Shown one piece after another: positions 9,558 through 17,915 of a stretch of DNA of 64,000 nt. Made by a program: the position numbers and the translations under genes. The stretch is taken from the NCBI GenBank assembly GCA_965250075.1, contig CBDFNH010000007.1:554709-618708 (forward strand), written 5' to 3'. The DNA is from Mariniblastus sp. (lineage in GTDB: Bacteria > Planctomycetota > Planctomycetia > Pirellulales > Pirellulaceae). Under the pieces are notes generated by a model that saw nothing but the letters and a program-made list of their open reading frames with translations, made no database searches and was not told where the DNA came from. Position 1 is the first letter of the stretch, and every line of letters begins with the position of its first letter.

Positions 9558-9602
9558 AAAAAAAAGCGGCAGTCCCCGGTGGCTCCTGCCACCTCCTGCC
9601 GC
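9558..9602 (-). terminator. minus-strand intrinsic terminator with no annotated gene upstream of it
   Basis: On the minus strand: GCGGCAG-G-A-GGTGGC-AGGA-GCCACC-GGGGA-CTGCCGC followed by U8 (A8 at 9558-9565 on plus). There is no U tract in the plus orientation. Confidence 0.55.
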
Positions 9603-9932
9603 ACAAGCCCGATTGTTGCTCCCCAGCTCAACCGGGCTCAAACAACAATAGGTCGCACTTGAAACGTGTCAAATCTGCCTAGTCCAGAAATCAAGAACAG
9701 CAGGATTCAGCTGGGTATTCGGGCGTATCTGCAATTGATGCAGCGAACAAAAAGCCGAAAACACGCGTGAAACGTGGATTTCCGGCACCTTGGCGACTTC
9801 AGCCAAAAATATTCTGAATTTTCCAAAGATCGCAATCTGAGGGGCGAAGAACCCATAACAACACGGCAGACCGCCGCAAATTACCCGTCACTTTTAAACC
9901 AAGCGACACAATTCCATATCAGGAGGAACATT

Positions 9933-10751
9933 ATGTTCAAAAAATTGACCCTCGCTGCAGCTGCCGTTTTGGTTATCGGCGGCGTTCTATTCGGCACCAA
10001 CATGGTTACGTACATGCAAGCAGCTTTCGATAACGCCCGTCAAGCCGGCCAGGATCTGGTCTCGGTCGAGTTTCAGCTTGAAGCAGCTGAAAAACAACTC
10101 GCAAAAATCGAACCTCAAATCTACGACATGATCCACCAGGCAGCCAAAGAAAAAGCTGAAATCAAACGGCTGGCTGCCGAAGTGAATCGTCAGAACGAAG
10201 CTCTGGATAAGAGCAAGGACGAAATGCTGACTCTTCGTTCACACATGGATTCCGGTGATCAGGTTTATGTTGCAACCAATGGCAAAGCCTACACGAACGA
10301 TCGGGTTGAAGAGGATCTTCGTCACCGCTTTTCGCTGCACAAGACTACGACTCAGACACGTGACAAGTCGGCTCAAATCCTTGAGCTCCGAGCGCAAGCT
10401 CTCGCATCGGCTCTGGTCAAGATTGACGACGCCCGCGCACTTCAGCGTGAGCTGGAAGTTCAAATCGAAAGCCTGAACGCTCGTAACCGAATGGTCGAAG
10501 TTGCTCAGACAGCAAGCAACCTGAACATCGACGACAGCCAGCTTGCTCGGACTCAGGAGATGCTTGACGACATCTCGGCACGAATCGACACGGACGAAGA
10601 GATGCTCGCTATGGCTCCTGAGTACCTGGGTCAGATTCCTGTCAGCCAAGACAGCGTACTGAGCACTGACGGCAACATTGTTGACGAGATCGACGCCTTC
10701 TTCGACGCATCGGACGATGCGGATGACGAAACCGATTACGTCTCAAACTAA
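9933..10751 (+). CDS. membrane-anchored coiled-coil protein with acidic C-terminus (hypothetical)
   Basis: ATG at 9933, 6 nt after AGGAGG (9921-9926). N-terminal TM (LTLAAAAVLVIGGVLFG), long heptad-like helical region, DDADDETDY tail. Confidence 0.75.
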   Translation: MFKKLTLAAAAVLVIGGVLFGTNMVTYMQAAFDNARQAGQDLVSVEFQLEAAEKQLAKIEPQIYDMIHQAAKEKAEIKRLAAEVNRQNEALDKSKDEMLTLRSHMDSGDQVYVATNGKAYTNDRVEEDLRHRFSLHKTTTQTRDKSAQILELRAQALASALVKIDDARALQRELEVQIESLNARNRMVEVAQTASNLNIDDSQLARTQEMLDDISARIDTDEEMLAMAPEYLGQIPVSQDSVLSTDGNIVDEIDAFFDASDDADDETDYVSN

Positions 10752-10834
10752 CGGGCCCACGTTGACGGTGGCTCAGATGGAAGATTCCTGAAAGTGGTTG
10801 ACTCTATTACTGACCTCGCCACTTCCGGAAATCC

Positions 10835-10869
10835 AGTCCGGGTTCCTCACGGGGCCCGGGCTTTTTTTT
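10835..10869 (+). terminator. intrinsic terminator
   Basis: Stem AGTCCGGG (10835-10842) / CCCGGGCT (10855-10862) followed by T8. Confidence 0.75.
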
Positions 10870-10882
10870 GTGCCACACGTCG

Positions 10883-10920
10883 TTAATTGTTAGTTGTTAA
10901 CTATTCCCTGTTAATTATTG
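10883..10920. promoter_or_regulatory. AT-rich block TTAATTGTTAGTTGTTAACTATTCCCTGTTAATTATTG
   Basis: 77-114 nt upstream of the ATG at 10997. Shares TTAATTGT...TTGTT.ACTATT...TAATTATTG with block 4271-4310. Confidence 0.3.
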
Positions 10921-10996
10921 TCCGCCTTCGCACCCGCAGTCACGTAAAATAGCTGATAACGCGGGATACGCCACAAACCTCAACTCCGAATCCGTC

Positions 10997-12514
10997 ATGC
11001 CGAACTCGTGGCTTAACCGACTACAGAATCCTGTCACCAGGAATCAACGCTGCGCTCAGCGGGCGATGAAGCAGGGCGACCTGATTACTGCCGCGCGATT
11101 CGCCCGGCGCGAACGGTTTGACACGAATTCACGCGGTCGAAAACTGCTCACGCAACTCACAGACGCTTTGATCGGGCAGGCATCGGACAACATCAGCACG
11201 GGAAAAATCCGCCGCGCCTGGACTGCAATCACCGCCGCATCCGATGTCGCCATGCTGACGGACCGCGATCGGATTTCACGCGAAAAGAACTCGCTGGTCG
11301 AACTCACCGTCGAGGCGGCCAACGAACTGCTTGCCCATGCGAGAACAACATCGGTCCTGCAACTGGTTAAGGAACTGAAGGGTCGCGCGATCCGCGACTG
11401 GCGTGCCGAACGGATCGAACAAGTCGCAGTTCTGATCCAGCGCAGCGAAGAAGCGTCGGCGCGCGGTGAGTTTGAACTGGCTGTTGAACTGATGAGCAGG
11501 GCGCTGGAACTTCGACCCGATCTGGCGTTCCTTGAATCGAGAATGGCGACCTGCCAGATCCATGCCGCTCAAATGAAACAACTGACCACAGCGCTGAAAG
11601 CGGCACTGCTGGAAACGCGCCGCAAAGATGTCGAGCAGATCTGCCGCGAAATGCTGGTCCTTGCTCCGAACTTTCAGCTGGCCGTTGACGCTCACCGACA
11701 AATGGCTCAGATTCCGAAACGGGCGTGGCAGCAGAGCCCGTCCAGTTCACTGCTGCTGTCCGCCAACCCGTCATCATCAAGGGCCAGAACGACCTATGCC
11801 GGCATTTGCGCTGCCGATCAAAACGATAGCAATCCGAAAGACGGCGATCCGGCGGTTGGGACTGACTCCGTTACTTTCATGAACATCGACGCCAATACGA
11901 AAAACAAACAAATGGACGCAAACGGAAAACCGTTCATGATCTGGATCGACGCGGTGGGCGGCTTTCTGGTCTGCCCGGGAACGAGCAACGTGATCGGTCA
12001 GGCCGTACCGAACCACAATGTTCAGATCCCGATGTTGGGCGATCTCCAGCGGTGTCACCTTCGCATCGATTCTCTCGACGGAGCGCACATCCTTCATCCG
12101 CTCGGGCGGACCTCAGTCGACGGGCGGCCGATCGAACAGCAACACGGGCTCAGCCACGGACAGATCATCGAACTCGATGGCGGCGTCCAACTGGAATATC
12201 AAAAGACACATCCGCTCAGTGCAACCGCATTTCTCAGTTTTGTCAGCCGCCACCGAACCCTGCCATGGTCCGACGGTGTCCTGCTCGCAAGCGGACCGGT
12301 CATGCTCGGTCCCGATCCTCGTTCACACGTACATTGTCCTCGCTGGAAAAACCAGCTGATGTTGTTCAATCGCGACGGAATATGGTCGTTGCGGACGTCC
12401 GGAGCGATTGAAATTGACTCGGCTGTTCATCAGGGGCAGGGTCCAATCCAGCTGAATTCCCAAATCCGGTCAGAGGACTTTTCTCTGGCGTTTGAAATAA
12501 TTAACCAGCAGTAG
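10997..12514 (+). CDS. FHA-domain protein with helical/TPR-like N-terminal half
   Basis: 505-aa ORF, ATG confirmed. C-terminal FHA-like segments (HLRIDSLDGAHILHPLGRTSVDGRPIEQQHGLSHGQIIELDGGVQLEY). Lies immediately upstream of a Ser/Thr kinase. Confidence 0.7.
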   Translation: MPNSWLNRLQNPVTRNQRCAQRAMKQGDLITAARFARRERFDTNSRGRKLLTQLTDALIGQASDNISTGKIRRAWTAITAASDVAMLTDRDRISREKNSLVELTVEAANELLAHARTTSVLQLVKELKGRAIRDWRAERIEQVAVLIQRSEEASARGEFELAVELMSRALELRPDLAFLESRMATCQIHAAQMKQLTTALKAALLETRRKDVEQICREMLVLAPNFQLAVDAHRQMAQIPKRAWQQSPSSSLLLSANPSSSRARTTYAGICAADQNDSNPKDGDPAVGTDSVTFMNIDANTKNKQMDANGKPFMIWIDAVGGFLVCPGTSNVIGQAVPNHNVQIPMLGDLQRCHLRIDSLDGAHILHPLGRTSVDGRPIEQQHGLSHGQIIELDGGVQLEYQKTHPLSATAFLSFVSRHRTLPWSDGVLLASGPVMLGPDPRSHVHCPRWKNQLMLFNRDGIWSLRTSGAIEIDSAVHQGQGPIQLNSQIRSEDFSLAFEIINQQ

Positions 12515-12826
12515 ATCTTCGTGGCCGGACGGTCGAGTTCGGAATCGAAACGAAACACGAACCGTCAATACGCACAACCCTAACTCATTGCCCGAAAACA
12601 CTTAGCTTCTCATCATTCGAACTCCGGTAGGCACGTGAAATCTAGACAAGCAGACAACCGGGCGGCTACGCTGGATAGCGGAGAATCCCGCGCGCCTGCC
12701 ACCGGGTCCGGTGATAATAGCCATGAAGGTGCTCAGGCCGGGGCGGGAACCGATCCGCATGATCGCGACGCGGTTGTGGACTTGCACAAGGAAACAGGAA
12801 CGGCCCCTTCGGCTGGCAGACGGGTG

Positions 12827-15100
12827 ATGAAGTTTGCGTATACCAGCGGCTCAAAACCGCTGGCCGGGTACACCATCAAACGCGGAATCGGCATTGGCGG
12901 ATTCGGCGAAGTGTACTTTGCGCTTTCGGATGCAGGCAAAGAAGTCGCGCTCAAACGAATACAGCGGAATCTCGATGTCGAACTGCGCGGCGTTCGTCAG
13001 TGCTTGAACCTCAAACACATCAATCTGATTTCGCTCTGGGACATTGCCACCAACGATCTCGGCGAAAGCTGGGTGGTGATGGAGTACGTTCCCGGCCAGA
13101 GTTTGATGGATGTGGTCGATGCCAATCCGCAGGGAGTTCCCGAGGCGGACGTCAAGACCTGGTTCACCTCGACCGCTGCCGGTGTCGCCTATCTGCATGA
13201 GCAGGGCATCGTGCATCGCGATCTCAAACCGGCCAACATCTTTTTCGACGCCGATCAGCAGGTGATCAAGATCGGCGACTACGGTCTATCGAAATTTATC
13301 TCGTGCAGTCGAAAAAGCGGCCAGACAGAAAGCGTCGGCACATTCCACTACATGGCTCCCGAGATCGGCAAGGGCGTGTATGGAAAAGAGATCGATATTT
13401 ATGCGATGGGAATCATCCTGTTTGAGCTGTTGACCGGCCGTGTCCCGTTTGATGGTGAAAGCTCGCAGGAAATCATCATGAAGCATCTGACCGCCGACCC
13501 GATTCTGGAAGGTGTGCCTCGCGAGTTTCATCAGGTCATTCGCGGCGCACTAGGAAAAGACCCGGAGCAACGCTACTCGAACGTTCCCGAGATGCTCTGC
13601 GATATCCCGTGGCCCGAGATTGCAAAGAACAGCCGCAAGATCATCACGCTCAACTCTGTCGGCCCGCTCGTACTCAACGGACATATGGACCGTCCGCGCA
13701 TCAACACCGGCAATACGCCCGGGCCGGCGAACAAGAAAACTGCGCCCCACTCGCCGACTGAAAATCCGCAAGACGCCGGAACACAAGACACAAACCCGCC
13801 TGATTCGACAGCCTCCGGAAATCAGGGGCCGGTCGGCTCGATGTTGATCAACAAACGGCCCGACATCATCTTTGGCGAATTGCGCGACACCAACGCCGGC
13901 AACAAACCCTCCTCCGACGATCCGGTCGTTGAGGGAATACGTATCAGTAGTCCCGGTCGAAACGAAAATATTTCGGCTGAAGGAACCTATCGCGAGTCCC
14001 TCGAAGTTTCAGCAACTGTAGAGATCGTCAGCCCGACCTCGATCTCTCATCACAGTCCCGGAGACCGCATGGCCGGAAACGCAACCGGCGGAATCTCACG
14101 GATCCCTGATGAGCCGATCGCCCGCGCGATGCACTCGGGGCTCTGGCGGTTTACCGACTGGTGGAACAACGCCAACGTCTCGACTCCGCTGAAGATTGCG
14201 ATCCTGATTGCCGGAACCGTGGTTGCCGTCTCGAATTCCGACTGGCTGCTCCCCGCCGCATTGGCAATCGGGCTGGCCTACCTGGTCTATTTCTTCTTCA
14301 GGACATGGATGATACCGGGTGACAAGGTCGCCCAAAGCGGAACTGGAATCGGTCATCCCGATATTTCGTCAAAGAAAAAATCAGTGCGGTCCGCTCATCG
14401 CGAAGCAGCATCGTTGCGCAATTCGCAAGTCCGGTCCTGGCTCGGAGCACGACAGTGGAATGACCGCGTCATGGAGTTGCTTGGATCGATGTTGATCGCT
14501 GCGGCGGCCTGCGTCGTGTTCAATCTGCTTGGCCTCGCAATCGGCGGATCGATTCTGGTTTCAACGATCGAAAGCTGGGCGATGTTTGCCTGGATGACGA
14601 TCACAACGGTGTTTGGTGCCTGGGCGCTTCTGATGGCTGGCAAATACTGGGAGAACTATGAAGGAGACAACTGGCTGCGTCGAGTTGCGCTTGGGGCGAT
14701 CGGCATCGCCACGGGAACAGTTGCTTTCTCTGTGGCCGGAATGTTGAACATCGAACTCGCCTCGTTATCGGTGGAATACAATCCGATGCAGGCGACGGGG
14801 GTTTCGCTGGAAAATGTTCCCGCGTTGCCAGCCTACCTGGTGCTGTTCACGGTCCTGTTCGCAGCGCTCGGGTGGTGGAAGCAAACAGATCCGGTTCGCT
14901 ACACGAGATTGAGCATCTGGAACGTCGGGCTTTGTCTGGTCTGTGCGGCGGTGCTGAGCCATCTATTGAATTTCGCGCCGCTTTGGAATTGCATCATGGC
15001 GGTTGTAATTTCGATTGCCGTGCAACTGGCATCGCCCTGGCTTCATCCGGATGATCGCACACGCGTTTCGCAAGACAGGATCAATACACTGGCTGGCTAG
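12827..15100 (+). CDS. Ser/Thr protein kinase with large C-terminal polytopic membrane domain
   Basis: ATG at 12827 (MKFAYTSGSKPLAGY) inside GTG-initiated ORF 12635..15100. GIGGFGEVY, HRDLKPANIFF, GDYGLSKF, GTFHYMAPE. C-terminal ~330 aa has many TM helices. Confidence 0.88.
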   Translation: MKFAYTSGSKPLAGYTIKRGIGIGGFGEVYFALSDAGKEVALKRIQRNLDVELRGVRQCLNLKHINLISLWDIATNDLGESWVVMEYVPGQSLMDVVDANPQGVPEADVKTWFTSTAAGVAYLHEQGIVHRDLKPANIFFDADQQVIKIGDYGLSKFISCSRKSGQTESVGTFHYMAPEIGKGVYGKEIDIYAMGIILFELLTGRVPFDGESSQEIIMKHLTADPILEGVPREFHQVIRGALGKDPEQRYSNVPEMLCDIPWPEIAKNSRKIITLNSVGPLVLNGHMDRPRINTGNTPGPANKKTAPHSPTENPQDAGTQDTNPPDSTASGNQGPVGSMLINKRPDIIFGELRDTNAGNKPSSDDPVVEGIRISSPGRNENISAEGTYRESLEVSATVEIVSPTSISHHSPGDRMAGNATGGISRIPDEPIARAMHSGLWRFTDWWNNANVSTPLKIAILIAGTVVAVSNSDWLLPAALAIGLAYLVYFFFRTWMIPGDKVAQSGTGIGHPDISSKKKSVRSAHREAASLRNSQVRSWLGARQWNDRVMELLGSMLIAAAACVVFNLLGLAIGGSILVSTIESWAMFAWMTITTVFGAWALLMAGKYWENYEGDNWLRRVALGAIGIATGTVAFSVAGMLNIELASLSVEYNPMQATGVSLENVPALPAYLVLFTVLFAALGWWKQTDPVRYTRLSIWNVGLCLVCAAVLSHLLNFAPLWNCIMAVVISIAVQLASPWLHPDDRTRVSQDRINTLAG

Positions 15101-15113
15101 AGCGACACGGGTC

Positions 15114-15869
15114 CTAGTCCGCGTCGATATTTTCCATCAGCGTTTTCGCCAGATCGTAAATCTCCTGATCGAGCGCATTGAGTTCGCGGATTCCAGCCAG
15201 CGTCGATTCAGGCAACTCAGGCGCGACCTTGGATTTTGACTGATTGACGACCGGCAGTTTGTAGCTCAAACCCAATTTCGCGCACAACGTGGCCGTATCC
15301 TGCTCAAGCGTTTCAACGAATCCGATAAACGACATCTTGCTGATCAGGTCTCGCGCCAGCGATAACTGTTCGCGCGGGTCGTCAATCTGCCAGCGTTTGG
15401 TCGACCAGTCGGGATGGTTCGCCGCAGCAAGGTAGTTCGTCACCAGGTTGTGCCAGTACTGGCGGTCAACGCTCTCCTGGATCGTCAGCAACCGGTCACC
15501 GTCGGTCATCTTGTTGCAAGCAAACTCATGAATCGGCGACTGGCTGTCCTGTGCACAATCGACCAGATACCGATACTGCGAAACGTAGCGGACGACCGGA
15601 TCGCGCAGGATCGTGATGTATTCTGCAGGGCGTTTCGAGATCGTATGCAATCCGTAGAAAACGTCGTGCCCGATGATCAAGTCAACGTCCTCAATCTTCT
15701 GCCGTCGTGCACGCACCTCCGTCTTGCAATCCTCGAGCGCAGCATTTTTGGATTCGGGCGATTCGGACAGAATCAACATTTGCCGTTCGCCGATTCTTGA
15801 GAGGCTGTTTAAGACAGACGTTCCCGCGCATTTTGGGAGATGTAGAAAATAGAATTGTGGAGCGGGCAT
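15114..15869 (-). CDS. sulfotransferase family protein
   Basis: ATG at 15869 (the track start at 15881 is TTG). N-terminal PAPS-binding-type motif FLHLPKCAGTSV. 251 aa. Confidence 0.7.
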   Translation of the reverse strand: MPAPQFYFLHLPKCAGTSVLNSLSRIGERQMLILSESPESKNAALEDCKTEVRARRQKIEDVDLIIGHDVFYGLHTISKRPAEYITILRDPVVRYVSQYRYLVDCAQDSQSPIHEFACNKMTDGDRLLTIQESVDRQYWHNLVTNYLAAANHPDWSTKRWQIDDPREQLSLARDLISKMSFIGFVETLEQDTATLCAKLGLSYKLPVVNQSKSKVAPELPESTLAGIRELNALDQEIYDLAKTLMENIDAD

Positions 15870-16034
15870 AGAGGCTGGCAAGACAACAATGTGAAGGCGA
15901 GAGTAAACTCAACGGAATCGTAGTTTAACCATTGCGAGTTCGTAACGATTCAGCAAGTACGAGGAACAGCGAATTCATGGCTTTGAATCCCGAAGCGGAA
16001 CGGGAATATACGCTAACGCGGTTTCTTGTGGTAT

Positions 16035-16961
16035 GGAACCCCGCCGCGTTAGCAAGGACCCGAGCGCAAGCGAGAAAAAGGGAACCCGCCGCGTTAGCAA
16101 GGACCCGAGCGCAAGCGAGAAAAAGGGAACCCGCCGCGTTAGCAAGGACCCGAGCGCAAGCGAGAAAAGGGAACCCGCCGCGTTAGCAAGGACCCGAGCG
16201 CAAGCGAGAAAAAGGAACCCGCCGCGTTAGCAAGGACCCGAGCGCAAGCGAGAAAAGGGAACCCGCCGCGTTAGCAAGGACCCGAGCGCAAGCGAGAAAA
16301 AGGGAACCCGCCGCGTTAGCAAGGACCCGAGCGCAAGCGAGAAAAAGGAACCCGCCGCGTTAGCAAGGTCCCGAGCGCAAGCGAGAAAAAGGAACCCGCC
16401 GCGTTAGCAAGGACCCGAGCGCAAGCGAGAAAAAGGGAACCCGCCGCGTTAGCAAGGACCCGAGCGCAAGCGAGAAAAGGGAACCCGCCGCGTTAGCAAG
16501 GACCCGAGCGCAAGCGAGAAAAGGGAACCCGCCGCGTTAGCAAGGACCCGAGCGCAAGCGAGAAAAGGGAACCCGCCGCGTTAGCAAGGACCCGAGCGCA
16601 AGCGAGAAAAGGGAACCCGCCGCGTTAGCAAGGACCCGAGCGCAAGCGAGAAAAAGGAACCCGCCGCGTTAGCAAGGACCCGAGCGCAAGCGAGAAAAGG
16701 GAACCCGCCGCGTTAGCAAGGACCCGAGCGCAAGCGAGAAAAGGGAACCCGCCGCGTTAGCAAGGACCCGAGCGCAAGCGAGAAAAAGGAACCCGCCGCG
16801 TTAGCAAGGTCCCGAGCGCAAGCGAGAAAAAGGAACCCGCCGCGTTAGCAAGGTCCCGAGCGCAAGCGAGAAAAAGGAACCCGCCGCGTTAGCAAGGACC
16901 CGAGCGCAAGCGAGAAAAAGGGAACCCGCCGCGTTAGCAAGGACCCGAGCGCAAGCGAGAA
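16035..16961. repeat. tandem array 1: 21 units of 44-46 bp (GGAACCCGCCGCGTTAGCAAGGACCCGAGCGCAAGCGAGAAAA(A)G(G))
   Basis: Unit starts (GAACCC): 16036, 16082, 16127, 16171, 16215, 16259, 16304, 16348, 16392, 16437, 16481, 16525, 16569, 16613, 16657, 16701, 16745, 16789, 16833, 16877, 16922. No unique spacers. Confidence 0.97.
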
Positions 16962-17069
16962 GCAATCCTGACCCGTGCTACCGCATTGCGTTTCTATTCC
17001 ACGGAAAGCAATGACTACGAACGGGCAGAACTTGTTGCCGGACTTCAATCGATTAGACTCAGAGTTGAC

Positions 17070-17843
17070 ATGCAAACTTGTTCACAAAATGACTCGCGCC
17101 AAACACCTATCAGGGATCGCAACCGGGATCTTCCTGTTGCGTTTTTTGCGGCGATCATGCTGTTTCCTTTCGCGCATGAGACAGTCCACGCAAATAGACC
17201 TTTAACACAAGCCGCCGACACAGAGCAAACCGAAACTCAAGATGCCGATATTCAGGGAACACACCAACTCGACCACAATCATCCCGTCTGGTTCGATCAC
17301 GGCTCGTATCTAAAAGATGGCGTCGAGCACGTCGCGGTGCAAACGCTGCCCCAAACCACAACGCTGGAGGCGAAGAATTCGATTGGACGAACGGCTCTCG
17401 GCGCCGTGCGAACCCGGGCCGAGCTATGGACCGGCGACCACGATCCGTCGATCATGGAAAACATCGGCATTGACACGGGATATGTGCTGGCAAACGTTGT
17501 TGATTCGGATCGAACGGAGGTCCGCGCTTATTCCAGCGTCATTGAAACGGGTGTGCCCGGCACAGACGAGACGAAACTTTTTTGCGGATATGCGCAGCTC
17601 CGCCTGACTCCGGATTTCAAGCAGGACGTCATGCAGCGGTGGAAAGAGTACCAAACGCGCAGCCGACTGTTTACAACCGGCGCGATCGCACTCGGCGTGT
17701 TCGGATTGCTGGCGGTTGTGTTTTCCTATCTGAGGCTTAATCATGCCACTCGCGGATTTTACAGCCGCAGAATCATGATGGGGGCGGCGGTTGTAGCGAT
17801 CGTTGTCGTGCTGTTTTGCATTAGCCTGATCAATCACATTTGA
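17070..17843 (+). CDS. hypothetical membrane protein (signal/anchor + two C-terminal TM helices)
   Basis: ATG at 17070 inside ORF 16986..17843. N-terminal hydrophobic LPVAFFAAIMLFPFA. C-terminal TMs AIALGVFGLLAVVFSYL and MMGAAVVAIVVVLFCISLI. No recognisable domain. Confidence 0.55.
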   Translation: MQTCSQNDSRQTPIRDRNRDLPVAFFAAIMLFPFAHETVHANRPLTQAADTEQTETQDADIQGTHQLDHNHPVWFDHGSYLKDGVEHVAVQTLPQTTTLEAKNSIGRTALGAVRTRAELWTGDHDPSIMENIGIDTGYVLANVVDSDRTEVRAYSSVIETGVPGTDETKLFCGYAQLRLTPDFKQDVMQRWKEYQTRSRLFTTGAIALGVFGLLAVVFSYLRLNHATRGFYSRRIMMGAAVVAIVVVLFCISLINHI

Positions 17844-17915
17844 ACCTCGCATCTTGTTTACTGATATTTCGCCTGCTGACTTTTTCCGACTCCTGGTTTT
17901 TTTGAACTCTCCGGA

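Noticed and set aside
16035-16961. CRISPR array (also considered for 60006-60240 and 63416-64000)
   Set aside because: The whole 44-46 / 47 / 31 bp period is invariant, so there are no unique spacers. No cas genes or leader-like region occur anywhere in the window, and the units lack the usual CRISPR repeat/spacer proportions.
15932-17075. ORFs translating array 1 (15932..16186, 16033..16230, 16845..17075) as repeat proteins
   Set aside because: The unit length is 44-46 bp, not a multiple of 3, so the frame drifts and each ORF dies after a few units. The same applies to 59948..60352 and 60132..60383 over array 2 (47 bp).
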